Positions 19,455 to 29,361 of a stretch of 64,000 nucleotides of DNA are shown one piece after another (the first letter of the stretch is position 1; each line of letters begins with the position of its first letter). A program made the position numbers and the translations under genes. Source of the stretch: a bacterium. GTDB lineage: Bacteria > Bdellovibrionota_C > UBA2361 > CALJRW01. The stretch lies in the NCBI GenBank assembly GCA_031385045.1, contig JANNBC010000048.1, forward strand, positions 64,001 to 128,000, in the 5' to 3' direction. The notes below the pieces were generated by a model. That model was not told where the DNA came from. It saw nothing but the letters and a program-made list of their open reading frames with translations, and searched no databases.

Positions 19455-21173
19455 ATGAAAAGGCATAATTCTGCGACAATTCTCCTTCTTACTTTCATTA
19501 TATTAGCTTTATTAGCGTGTGGGAAGAAAAAAACTGAAAATGAAACTAACTCTTCTAATCTAAAGGAAAAGGTAACGGATCTATTTGACACCTCCTCAGA
19601 AGAACAAGCACTTTTAGAAAAACTACCTGCCAACACCCTATTTTATGGCTTTGTTGATTTAGAAAACCCTAAATATCAATCATTTCTAAAAAGCCCTTTT
19701 GCCAAATATGGAAATGTTTTTGAAAGTATTAGCAAAGGTGTCAGCAGTCCTGGCCTAAAAGGCAAAGACAAATTAGTGACAGAGATTCTAGCCAAGTTCT
19801 CTGATCAAGAAGGCAAGAATGTTCTTAGCCTCTATCGCCAGTCAGCAGACCGAGTTAGCAGTTACCTATTCTTTATTGCTGGAGATACCGCACAAGATTT
19901 AAGCTTTAATACCTTTGCTTACTCCAAAGATAAAAAATATTTTATCAACAACTTTGAACAGCTGACTCAAGAATTTAGCACCGCTGGATTATCTCTAGAC
20001 CCAGCAGCGGAAGAACTTAAAATTGGATCTCAAGGGAAAAGTTTTAATATTCCGGATACAACTTCTCAATTGCATGTGATTGCTGATGAAAATTTCCTAG
20101 CACTTAGTTCTTCAAAGACTGCCGCTAGTAGATTATTTACCAAACAAGAAGCTAGTGATCGATTTGACTACAAAAATAATCTACCAAAAGAGTTACAAGA
20201 TAATATCAGCGGTCAGCCAATTCTTTTTGCGGTAGCAAACTTTGAGCGTATTTTACAACTAGTTCCAGGCCTTGGATTAATCAATCCAAAGTACAAACAA
20301 TTGTTAAATTTAATCCCCAGACAAGCGCTATTTACTAGTGACTTTAACGAAACTCCTGAAAGTAAATTAAGTTTTCATCTTCCAGCAGCCTCACTGCCAG
20401 TTAACTTACAAGGCGCCCTTTCCGGTAGCTCAGCTAAGGCTTGGGAAACTTTTTCAGCCAGCACTTTCTTAGGATTTAATCTAAATCTTGGATTTATTAA
20501 AAAGGTTTTAAGGTTTCTAACTACAGATGTGCTTGATCCAACAAATGTAATGCAAACTAAAACTCTGACTGAAGCTGGTAATTACTTACCAGAAAATGGC
20601 GAGCTTGGAGTTGCCTTAACAAATTTTAACATTACTGGATTTCCGGATTTGCAACTAACAGTACCGTTAACTAATGCCCTAGAAAAAATTGCCCTAGTTA
20701 AAAGCTTAATCGCTAGTCAAAAAAGTGCTGGAATGGGTAATATGGAATGGCAAGAGAAGTTAATTGCAGAACAACCAGCAGAGTACATTGTGACACCATT
20801 TGGAATTGGCTTATACATTAATACTAATGGTGATCAGGTAAAAATTGGAACCTCAGAAACTGCCTTAAAAGAATTGATTGCACCAAGTGCAACTCTACTG
20901 AGCTCACTAGATCCAAAGCTACAGTTTGCTCCAAACAATACAATCTTCAGCTTTTACCTAGACTACGCCAAGCTCTATCGCGTAGCACAAAGTTTTAGGA
21001 GTATGATGTCCATGTTTATCCCACCAGATCAGGGTACTCAAATTCAGACCTTCTATCAAAAGTTAGAAGAGCTTAAAAATCTTGTTGTCTTTGGTGATAG
21101 CTCTTACAAAAATGACATCCTAGAGTTTGGAGTAAAACTTCAGACTATTACTCCTCCAGCTCCTCAGAGCTAG
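19455..21173 (+). CDS. lipoprotein (DUF3352-like)
   Basis: Lipobox LLAC; LPANTLFYGFVD start of a beta-rich repeat domain. Confidence 0.65.
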   Translation: MKRHNSATILLLTFIILALLACGKKKTENETNSSNLKEKVTDLFDTSSEEQALLEKLPANTLFYGFVDLENPKYQSFLKSPFAKYGNVFESISKGVSSPGLKGKDKLVTEILAKFSDQEGKNVLSLYRQSADRVSSYLFFIAGDTAQDLSFNTFAYSKDKKYFINNFEQLTQEFSTAGLSLDPAAEELKIGSQGKSFNIPDTTSQLHVIADENFLALSSSKTAASRLFTKQEASDRFDYKNNLPKELQDNISGQPILFAVANFERILQLVPGLGLINPKYKQLLNLIPRQALFTSDFNETPESKLSFHLPAASLPVNLQGALSGSSAKAWETFSASTFLGFNLNLGFIKKVLRFLTTDVLDPTNVMQTKTLTEAGNYLPENGELGVALTNFNITGFPDLQLTVPLTNALEKIALVKSLIASQKSAGMGNMEWQEKLIAEQPAEYIVTPFGIGLYINTNGDQVKIGTSETALKELIAPSATLLSSLDPKLQFAPNNTIFSFYLDYAKLYRVAQSFRSMMSMFIPPDQGTQIQTFYQKLEELKNLVVFGDSSYKNDILEFGVKLQTITPPAPQS

Positions 21174-22098
21174 TTGTTAGGCTGGATTGGTTTTTCTTAA
21201 GTCCAAGAAAAACCAATCCACCAATTAGAGCTAAAACATAAGATTTAGCCCTAAGTACCAAACCCACCCCTAAGGCTTCTTCTGGTGTCGCCCCTAGTAA
21301 TGTTAAAAAATAAAAGAAGGCGCCTTCCTGTATTCCTAAACCATTGGGCGTTAAAGGAATAGCCGAAATTAATAAAACAATCGGTAAGACAACAAACATT
21401 TGTAATACTGGAGCATCCCACCAACCTACAGCCCAAGCTGCAGCCAAGGTATTCATCACTGTCAAACTATGAAAAAGAAAAGAAATCCCCAGTGTTACAA
21501 CTAGTAACTTTGGTTGTTTAAACATTAAACGGACAGCCTCTTGAAAACTAGCAAGCTTTGGAGTGAACTTTTGAAAAAACTTCCAATAAGGAAAAATGAT
21601 TTGAAAATTAAATTTTAGGGTAAAAATAATGATAGCACTGAGGACTAGTGAAATAAGTAATAAAATATAAGAAACCTTTGGTGCTAATCCTGTTAACCAA
21701 GGCAAAGCTAAAAGTGCCAACAAGAGCATGGCAATAAAACCACTTAAACGCTCCATAAAGGTTGCTGCTAAACTTTTAGAGCGAGATTGCTTATCTGTAA
21801 TTAAAAGACTTCGGGCCAAGTCTCCGCCGACAAAGGATGGTAACAATAAATTTACAAAGTAACTTAGTAAATAATATCGATAAAGCTTAGCAAGACTAAC
21901 TGTAATTCCTGTCGAAGCTAAAAATATTCCCCACTTTAAAGAACTGACGTATATCATAACAAAAGAAATCAGCAGTAAAAACCCAGCTAACCCCCAAGTT
22001 ATATTTTGAAAAGCACTTACTAATTCCGAGAAATCAATAACTAAAAACAAACTTCCAAAAATGATTAATGCAAAAAGTAATTTTAAATATTTAATCAC
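21148..22098 (-). CDS. lysylphosphatidylglycerol synthase TM-domain / flippase-like membrane protein
   Basis: NLLLPSFVGGD, MERLSG, IPLTPNGLGIQE. Confidence 0.85.
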   Translation of the reverse strand: MIKYLKLLFALIIFGSLFLVIDFSELVSAFQNITWGLAGFLLLISFVMIYVSSLKWGIFLASTGITVSLAKLYRYYLLSYFVNLLLPSFVGGDLARSLLITDKQSRSKSLAATFMERLSGFIAMLLLALLALPWLTGLAPKVSYILLLISLVLSAIIIFTLKFNFQIIFPYWKFFQKFTPKLASFQEAVRLMFKQPKLLVVTLGISFLFHSLTVMNTLAAAWAVGWWDAPVLQMFVVLPIVLLISAIPLTPNGLGIQEGAFFYFLTLLGATPEEALGVGLVLRAKSYVLALIGGLVFLGLKKNQSSLTTSSEELEE

Positions 22099-22102
22099 AG
22101 TA

Positions 22103-23179
22103 TTACTCTAAAACTTTTGGAACACCTTTACTAATTGTTTTCATGATAAACCCAATACCTTGAATATCTCCTTCGGCATCAAATGAATATTCACCAAAAT
22201 TACCAGTAAACTTTCGTCCCGATTTCAGCAAATCAGGGATTGTAAGCTTTTCAGAATTGGCAATTTGAATCAATCGCAAAGCTTCATAAGCAGTGATAAT
22301 TACTGAATCCAATCCCCGAACTTGGAATCCAGCTTGATAGAAACGGTTCATCGCCTGCTTACCATCTGTCGTTAAGATTCGATCAAGTGGAGTAAAATCA
22401 ACATAACTTAAACCCTCTGCCAATTCCTTGGCCTCTTCTAAAAAAGTTTTTGACCCGGGATGATAGGCTGCCAAGATTGGAATATTCCAATGCAAGCTTC
22501 GTGTAATTTTTAGTTGTTGCAAAAAATCGCCTTGGTCAATTGGATTTAGAAATAGGGCTTCTGGAATAGCATGCTTAAGTTTAACCAAGAGAGTTCTAAA
22601 ATCATTATCTCCTGGATTATAGTCAAGGTTTACAGAGTTAATTTTAGATTTTTCTAAATTAGCAAGAAAAGACTCTTTTAAATCCTGGGCATAATCACTT
22701 TGATTACTAAGTATTGCCACTGAGTGAAACTTTTGTTGCCAAACATATTCCGCAAGTTTTTTGGCAACCAACTGGTCACTTGGCGTTGTTCTAAAAATGT
22801 CTCCTGGCTGCTTTGTCACTTCAGGAGAGGAAGCACAGGTAACAAGCATTGGTATTTTCGATCGGGCATAAATTGGCGCAGTTGCAATAGCTACATTACT
22901 ACAAGTAAACCCAAGTACTAAATCTACTTTATCAATCTCAATAAATTTCTTAGCAATGCTCACCGCCTTAGAGTTATCACATTGATCATTTTCAATAATT
23001 AATTCAATCTGATTAAGCTTTAAATCTTCTTTAGCAAACTGAAAGGCATCACGCATATCATTACCCCACTGTTTCCCGGGACCAGTTAAATCAACGGAAA
23101 CACCGATTTTCAGGTATTGCTGATCTGCAAAACTAACTGTTGCAAACAAGAAACTTAATAAAAAATATCTCCAAATCAT
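22103..23179 (-). CDS. LivJ-like periplasmic binding protein
   Basis: KIGVSVDLTG, ENDQC, IFRTTPSD, GNFGEYSFDAEGD. Confidence 0.85.
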   Translation of the reverse strand: MIWRYFLLSFLFATVSFADQQYLKIGVSVDLTGPGKQWGNDMRDAFQFAKEDLKLNQIELIIENDQCDNSKAVSIAKKFIEIDKVDLVLGFTCSNVAIATAPIYARSKIPMLVTCASSPEVTKQPGDIFRTTPSDQLVAKKLAEYVWQQKFHSVAILSNQSDYAQDLKESFLANLEKSKINSVNLDYNPGDNDFRTLLVKLKHAIPEALFLNPIDQGDFLQQLKITRSLHWNIPILAAYHPGSKTFLEEAKELAEGLSYVDFTPLDRILTTDGKQAMNRFYQAGFQVRGLDSVIITAYEALRLIQIANSEKLTIPDLLKSGRKFTGNFGEYSFDAEGDIQGIGFIMKTISKGVPKVLE

Positions 23180-24048
23180 TTTCTTAATTCAATTAAAATT
23201 CTTCGCGGTGCAGGCCAGCCTTCAATAGTTAAATCAGAATTAACTGGATCTAAAAATTCAGCTAGACTTTCATAAGGAGCAAGTGGACTCACTCGCTGCT
23301 CATCTAAACTAGTTTGAGACACAGAAAGCAGTCGGTGCTTAGTAAAGCCAGCTTGTTGTGTCCAACGTACCAGACCCGGAATGCTTGTTAAATGATAAAT
23401 ATTTTTCATTTTTGAATAGCGATCTGGGATTAGGATTGGCTCAATCTGATCTCCAGGTAAAACCATTGTCTCTAATAAGACACACCCATCAGGTTTTAAT
23501 GCTCGATAAAGATTATTAATAGACTGAACTGGCTCGCGCCGATGATAGAGTACTCCCATCATTAAAATCAGATCAAAAGCCTCTGGGAAATGTGGCAAAT
23601 CCTCGACTCCTTCAGTAATGTAACGCAACCGATTATCGCGAATAAAATGTGATAATAACTGATGTTGATAATGACAGTTCTTAAATGGATCAAATCCACA
23701 CACAAGCTGTGGGTTTAGGGTTAAAAGCTTAAACATGAAGTACCCGTTACTACAGCCAACATCAGCAACAGTTTTATCAGAAAGATCTGGTAAGATTGCT
23801 TTTAACCTCTCCCATTTTATATTACTTAACCATTCACTATTTAGTTCATAATCAAATAATCGGTAGGGTCCCTGCCTCCAAGAGATCATACTATTTACAG
23901 CTTGCTCCAGCGCATTATGCTGTTCCGAGCTAATTGGATTTTGAGAATAAATCTGAATGGCATCAGCTTGTAAATCAACTGACCAATTTCCATCAGCAAA
24001 AAGATCTTTGACTAAACGGATGGAAGCATTAATTAGATCGTGCTGCAT
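23176..24048 (-). CDS. cmoB: tRNA U34 (carboxy)methyltransferase CmoB homologue
   Basis: WRQGPY, EWLSNIKW, DVGCSNGY, MGVLYH, RYSKMKNIY, TIEGWPAPRR. Confidence 0.85.
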   Translation of the reverse strand: MQHDLINASIRLVKDLFADGNWSVDLQADAIQIYSQNPISSEQHNALEQAVNSMISWRQGPYRLFDYELNSEWLSNIKWERLKAILPDLSDKTVADVGCSNGYFMFKLLTLNPQLVCGFDPFKNCHYQHQLLSHFIRDNRLRYITEGVEDLPHFPEAFDLILMMGVLYHRREPVQSINNLYRALKPDGCVLLETMVLPGDQIEPILIPDRYSKMKNIYHLTSIPGLVRWTQQAGFTKHRLLSVSQTSLDEQRVSPLAPYESLAEFLDPVNSDLTIEGWPAPRRILIELRK

Positions 24049-25216
24049 CTTCGTAAACTTTTAATGTTAAATCCCAGGTTCGATTCCAAGTAAATTTTTG
24101 CGCTTGCAAAGGCCCTGCCACTCGATCGATCTTGCGCTGCTCCGGATTTCGAATAACCTCAAACATTTCCTTGGCATTTTGCTCTGAAGCTCTTGGATCA
24201 AGATAATGAGCAACATCACCTAGAACTTCAGGCATAGCAGAAAGTTTAGTACTAAAAACAGTTGCCCCAGCCGCCATTGCTTCTAGCGGTGTTAAACCAA
24301 AACCTTCATAGAGACTAAAAAAGCACATTGCTTCACAATTTTGGTAGAGAGTGATTAGTTCCGCATCTGCCACAAAACCAAGCTCCAGAACATCATCAAC
24401 CAAAGCAAGCTGATCAATCAAAGCTTTTAATTTAGGATATTCGCGATCCTGATTGATTCGTCCCACTAAAAAAAGTTTGGGGAAATTATTTAAAAGATGC
24501 TTCTCTTGATACAATTTTTTTAACTCCGCATAGGTCACTAACAATCCGCTAAAATTCTTTCTTGGATCTATCCCACCAACATATAATAAAAATTTAAGAT
24601 CGGCTGCTAAATTATATTTAGCAAGGATCTCGCCTAGATTTAAATTCGAGTTTTCAAAATAAACAGCATCAACACCAAGTGGCGTAACTGAAATTTTCTC
24701 AGCAGGAATTTGCAATTGGTGAATTAAATCATTCTTGGAACATTCGCTAATAGTAATAATCTGACTGGAGTTTTTTATTGCTTGAAGTTCAAAAAAACGT
24801 GCTAAATGATACCGCCAATTAGGATTATCGGCTTGATATAAATCTTTACAGACAATTGGAATCAGATCCATCACTGTCAAAATGTACGGCTTTGCACACC
24901 ACGTAGGCGCATCTGTTTGTGCTAGAAAGTGTAAATGGGAAAATTTTTTTAACTGAGCTCCAGACAATTTAAATGGATACAATAATTGCTGTTTTAAAGT
25001 TTGCCGCCCAGCAGGTGCCAAATCAATCAATTTTGCTAAACAAGAATTAGCTAATACCTCGCGATGATTAAAATATCCGTAGCTTATGGTGCTTGTATTT
25101 TTTTCTAAAAACTTTTTAAATTCTCGAGCATACTTACCAATCCCTCTAGTACTATGCTCCTTAAAGGTTGGATCAAGCGCACTAAAATCAATTCCAACTT
25201 TGAAATCTTTGATCAT
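24029..25216 (-). CDS. glycosyltransferase family 4
   Basis: YVGGIDPRKN, SLYEGFGLTPLEAMA. Confidence 0.9.
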   Translation of the reverse strand: MIKDFKVGIDFSALDPTFKEHSTRGIGKYAREFKKFLEKNTSTISYGYFNHREVLANSCLAKLIDLAPAGRQTLKQQLLYPFKLSGAQLKKFSHLHFLAQTDAPTWCAKPYILTVMDLIPIVCKDLYQADNPNWRYHLARFFELQAIKNSSQIITISECSKNDLIHQLQIPAEKISVTPLGVDAVYFENSNLNLGEILAKYNLAADLKFLLYVGGIDPRKNFSGLLVTYAELKKLYQEKHLLNNFPKLFLVGRINQDREYPKLKALIDQLALVDDVLELGFVADAELITLYQNCEAMCFFSLYEGFGLTPLEAMAAGATVFSTKLSAMPEVLGDVAHYLDPRASEQNAKEMFEVIRNPEQRKIDRVAGPLQAQKFTWNRTWDLTLKVYEDAARSN

Positions 25217-26277
25217 ACCAGCAGTAGTTTACTAAGATTAGTTTGAAATTTATCAAAAGATAAACTTTGTACTCTTTCTTTGCCAGCTTGAATTAATTTT
25301 TGACGAAGCTCTTGATTGGTATGAACTTCTTCAATTAATGCCGCAATCTTTAAATGATCTTTCTCATTAACTAATAAGCCACCTGCTCCAATCGTATCTG
25401 GGAGTGCCGAAGAGGCATAGGCAATAACTGGTAAGCCAAAATGCATTGCCTCAACAACCGGCAAACAAAATCCTTCATGCTCACTCATGCAAAGATAGAC
25501 TGATGAATTTTCATATAATGCTTTTAGTTCGGAATCTGCAAAGCAACCAACAAAGTTAACTTCTTTTTCTAGTCCAAGAAAGTACACCAAGCGTTTTAAA
25601 CTAAAGGAATAAATCTCTGTATCAATATCAATTCCTGGCAACCAAAGCTTGAGTGGAATTTTTAACTTCTCTTTAATCAGATAAGCAACTTTAATAATAT
25701 CTTCAATACATTTATTAGGAGCAAAGCGACCAACATGTACTAAATGAAGACAGGGATCATTTTGTAACAAGCTAGCAATTCCAGGATTTGTTTCCATCTC
25801 CCAACGCACAGGGTCTATTGGTAAATCAAGTACTTCCGCTTTAAAACCAAGCTCTGCTAGTTCACCAGCATTAAATTTAGAATCCGCAAGAATTCTATTA
25901 CTAAGACCAAGTAACTCCGGCAACTCTTTCGCACCTTGCTCAATGTCATTCGCCACTCGGGGATTAATGCCCGCGTAATACTTAGAGGGAGTAAGATTAT
26001 GATAAATTAAAACTCGCTCGGCAGCAGTAAGTGATCGATATAAATCATTTAAAGGTGATCCTAAGGAGTAATGTAGGATAATTTGCCCCTTAAAGTCTGT
26101 GGCAAGTTGCTGGTAAGGAATGGTTAAGCCTTTTAGTTTTGGATGCTCATTAATCGCATAAATCTTAGAATCGCATCCGGCCTGGAGCAGTGCTCGTTGC
26201 ATAGCCAAAACCTCCCCCGAAATAGCATCGCCGTAACTTAAGGTATGAACTAATTGGTGAATTGATTTTTGACTCAT
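25213..26277 (-). CDS. glycosyltransferase family 4
   Basis: VGRFAPNK, SEHEGFCLPVVEAM. Confidence 0.9.
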   Translation of the reverse strand: MSQKSIHQLVHTLSYGDAISGEVLAMQRALLQAGCDSKIYAINEHPKLKGLTIPYQQLATDFKGQIILHYSLGSPLNDLYRSLTAAERVLIYHNLTPSKYYAGINPRVANDIEQGAKELPELLGLSNRILADSKFNAGELAELGFKAEVLDLPIDPVRWEMETNPGIASLLQNDPCLHLVHVGRFAPNKCIEDIIKVAYLIKEKLKIPLKLWLPGIDIDTEIYSFSLKRLVYFLGLEKEVNFVGCFADSELKALYENSSVYLCMSEHEGFCLPVVEAMHFGLPVIAYASSALPDTIGAGGLLVNEKDHLKIAALIEEVHTNQELRQKLIQAGKERVQSLSFDKFQTNLSKLLLV

Positions 26278-26299
26278 CGTTTAATTTGAAACTCTCTAA

Positions 26300-27076
26300 C
26301 TATAGACATTCCGCAAATGTTTCTCTGTTTTTTAGGTAGGTATTTTTGCCTAAAATATAGATCAAAACCCCGAATAAAAACACAACTGAAATATTCCAAA
26401 GAGGTGGCCACTTACCATCAATTAAAATAGCGTGATAAGACTCAATTAATAAAGCAATTGGATTAAAATCAATTGTAAAACGATACTGTTCCGGAACTGT
26501 AGTAACTGGATAAATAATCGGACAAAGAAAGAATAATAGATTAAAGACATTTCCTAATAAATGCTGAATATCTCGATAGAAAACATTTAAGGAAGCAAAA
26601 AAAAGTGCTAAGCCATACATTAATCCTAATTGTAAAAGAATGATTAACGGTAGCGCAAATATCTTTTCAGTTAGTGGAATTTTATAAATAAAGATGAAGA
26701 TAAACAACAAAATTAGTGATAACAGGTAATGCACCAAGTTAGTTAAAATTGCGACTGCTGGTAAAATCTGCGGAGGAAACATTGATTTTGTAATTAGGCT
26801 GCCACCAGAACTAATTGAACTAGTAGCTTCAATCAAACCTGAGTTAAACCAAGTCCATGGCAGTAATCCACAAAAAAGATAAACACTATAATTATCATTT
26901 GAATCTAGTCGGGCATAATACTTAAAAACTAAGGTATAAATTAGCATGAATAAAAGCGGATTGAGAAATGACCATAGAAATCCAAGTGTTGACCCACGAT
27001 AGCGACTCGCTAATTGACGCCCCACCAGCGCTAGAATTAAACCACGATATTTAATTAGTTCTGCAAAAATACTCAT
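26300..27076 (-). CDS. wzm: ABC-2 polysaccharide export permease (Wzm)
   Basis: RYRGSTLGFLWSFLNPL, RDIQHL, CPIIYP, NPI. Confidence 0.9.
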   Translation of the reverse strand: MSIFAELIKYRGLILALVGRQLASRYRGSTLGFLWSFLNPLLFMLIYTLVFKYYARLDSNDNYSVYLFCGLLPWTWFNSGLIEATSSISSGGSLITKSMFPPQILPAVAILTNLVHYLLSLILLFIFIFIYKIPLTEKIFALPLIILLQLGLMYGLALFFASLNVFYRDIQHLLGNVFNLLFFLCPIIYPVTTVPEQYRFTIDFNPIALLIESYHAILIDGKWPPLWNISVVFLFGVLIYILGKNTYLKNRETFAECL

Positions 27077-28377
27077 GAATTAAACTGCCAAGAATGTTGT
27101 AAATGAAGCACGCCGATCTGATCATGCTGAGATTGAACTGAAAACTTAATTGCGTTTTTATGATAATCATAGGCATACCCATCTTCCCGGTGGACAGCCA
27201 AATCAAGATAATAAGTATTTGTTAGCAAATTAGTTGATGGAATCACAATACTAACAACACCTTCTATTGCTAAGTCTCGTGTTTCCACTCTTTCTAAGTG
27301 TGTATTTGTTCCAATTATATTTAAACCATCAGCGCGATTAATTCCAAAACCAAAGACAACAGATTTTTGTGGAGCATGAATTTTGTAATAAATATTAACT
27401 ACACTTGGCTCCCCTGTATGAAATAGAACCTTCTCTTCACCTTTAAAGTTAGTTAAAGTTGCACGAGTAATTTCAATCTCACGACTTCCCCAACGCTCAT
27501 AAGCAAATTTCTCAAGCTCTTCATGAGCTTCAGGCTTAGCTGTCTTAGCATTAACGCTAATTTGTGTTGCCTCGCGTGACTTGCCTAAAATTTCTTCTTC
27601 TATACCTTTCTCAATAAACTCTCGGTAATGATCAATCACCCGACGTGGATGACCACGGTCTTTCACTTCGCCTTTATTTAACCAAATAACTTCGTCACTC
27701 CAACGTTCGATAGCACCTAAATCATGGCTCACCATAAAAAGAGTTTTTTCTTGACTACGCAGCTCGGCAACTTTCTCTTGGCACTTCTGAACAAAGCCGG
27801 CATCCCCTACTGCTAAGACCTCATCAATCAATAAGATATCTGGATCCGTATTCACTGCAAGACTAAAACCTAAACGCATAAACATACCAGAGGAATATGT
27901 TCTAACAGGTTGATCAATGAAATCTTGAAGTTCGGCAAACTCAACAATCTGATCAAACTTTTCATTAATTTGTTTTTTAGTTAATCCATATAAGATTCCA
28001 GCTAGATATAGATTCTCCCGGCCAGTAAAATCAGGATGAAATCCAGCCCCTAATTCAATCAAGGCTCGAACCTCACCATTAATCTTAACATGTCCATGGT
28101 CAGGCGCATAAATACCAGTAATTAATTTTAATAAAGTTGACTTACCAGAGCCGTTGCGACCAATAATTCCAACAGAGGCACCTCGTGGAATACGAATAGT
28201 TAAATCTTTAATCGCTGTTGTTTGAATAATATTCTGAGCAATCTTCTTTTGAAAAGGCTTAGTGACTAAAGACTTCAGAGTAGTATAGCTTCCGGTAAGA
28301 TTTTTACTTCGATTAAAACTCTTCGATAGCTCAAAGATATCTACGGCGTAATCTAGTTTAGAATCGATAGTACTCAT
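27073..28377 (-). CDS. wzt: polysaccharide ABC ATPase with C-terminal carbohydrate-binding domain (Wzt)
   Basis: GRNGSGKST, YSSGM, IDEVLAVGD; C-terminal RWGSREIEI Wzt_C-like domain. Confidence 0.9.
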   Translation of the reverse strand: MSTIDSKLDYAVDIFELSKSFNRSKNLTGSYTTLKSLVTKPFQKKIAQNIIQTTAIKDLTIRIPRGASVGIIGRNGSGKSTLLKLITGIYAPDHGHVKINGEVRALIELGAGFHPDFTGRENLYLAGILYGLTKKQINEKFDQIVEFAELQDFIDQPVRTYSSGMFMRLGFSLAVNTDPDILLIDEVLAVGDAGFVQKCQEKVAELRSQEKTLFMVSHDLGAIERWSDEVIWLNKGEVKDRGHPRRVIDHYREFIEKGIEEEILGKSREATQISVNAKTAKPEAHEELEKFAYERWGSREIEITRATLTNFKGEEKVLFHTGEPSVVNIYYKIHAPQKSVVFGFGINRADGLNIIGTNTHLERVETRDLAIEGVVSIVIPSTNLLTNTYYLDLAVHREDGYAYDYHKNAIKFSVQSQHDQIGVLHLQHSWQFNS

Positions 28378-28919
28378 TATTTGATTATATAAATATCAGA
28401 TAGGTTGCGGTAATAATCTTCATGATTCATTCCATAACCAACAAACCACTCTGGGCCATCAAAATTAAAGCCAATAAAATCAGGTTTAAATAATGGCTCT
28501 TGTAAGTGACGATTGACTAAAACTGCAGAGTTTACTTGACGAGCCCCAGCGTTAATAAAATTTTTAGAGATGTGATGAAGCGTTCTTCCAGAATCACAGA
28601 TATCATCAATTAAGAGAATAATCTGATCTTTAACATCAAAGCCCATGGAATCAACCTTTACCTCTTCGCGTTGACTATTATCTTCAGCATTATATGACCA
28701 ACAACGTACTGGAGAAATCGAAACGGAACAGTCAATTGCCCGCACTAAATCAGCAAAGAAGAAAATTGATCCTCTTAAAATTGGCACAACTACAACCTGT
28801 TGTTGCACTGGAAGTTGCAATGACTCAATCCAATTAGAGATTTTAGATCCTAATTTATGATTAACTGCTTGTATTTCAGCAGCAGAGTATTGTAATTTAA
28901 AGTTATTCGGTATTTGCAT
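28377..28919 (-). CDS. hpt: hypoxanthine phosphoribosyltransferase family protein
   Basis: ILRGSIFFFADL, SY loop, LIDDICDSGRTL, FVGYGM...YRNL; start could be 28937. Confidence 0.75.
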   Translation of the reverse strand: MQIPNNFKLQYSAAEIQAVNHKLGSKISNWIESLQLPVQQQVVVVPILRGSIFFFADLVRAIDCSVSISPVRCWSYNAEDNSQREEVKVDSMGFDVKDQIILLIDDICDSGRTLHHISKNFINAGARQVNSAVLVNRHLQEPLFKPDFIGFNFDGPEWFVGYGMNHEDYYRNLSDIYIIK

Positions 28920-28961
28920 AACACTTAAGTTGTTCAAGAGGCCTGAGAAATTACTATATAA

Positions 28962-29354
28962 ATGAATATTTTCAAAATCTTACTAATTACTAGCTACCTA
29001 GCTCTTTGCGCTTGCCAGCAACAGCCAGCTTATCAAGAACTTAAAGAGGAACTTAGCCAGAGTCTACAAGAAATTAATTCTAAAATATCCAAAGAATACC
29101 AAAAACACGAGGATGGAATCGGCAAGCTAGCTAATGCTGAACTAGACAAACTCCAGGCAATTGAGTACCACGTTTTTGAACTTGGCAGCGAGGAGTCAAC
29201 TGAACAACACCAACAGAAACTAAATGAAATCGGTAAAGAACGTTGGGATTGTTTCTTTATTGATAAATCAAATGAATTTTACCGCGTTTATTGTCGTCGG
29301 ACACCGAAGTCTTACTTGAGATATCTATCTAGAATTCCAAATTTTATTCCTTAA
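28962..29354 (+). CDS. lipoprotein, hypothetical
   Basis: Lipobox LCAC; C-terminal LNEIGKERWDC resembles DUF4177-like domains. Confidence 0.7.
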   Translation: MNIFKILLITSYLALCACQQQPAYQELKEELSQSLQEINSKISKEYQKHEDGIGKLANAELDKLQAIEYHVFELGSEESTEQHQQKLNEIGKERWDCFFIDKSNEFYRVYCRRTPKSYLRYLSRIPNFIP

Positions 29355-29361
29355 ATTTCCG

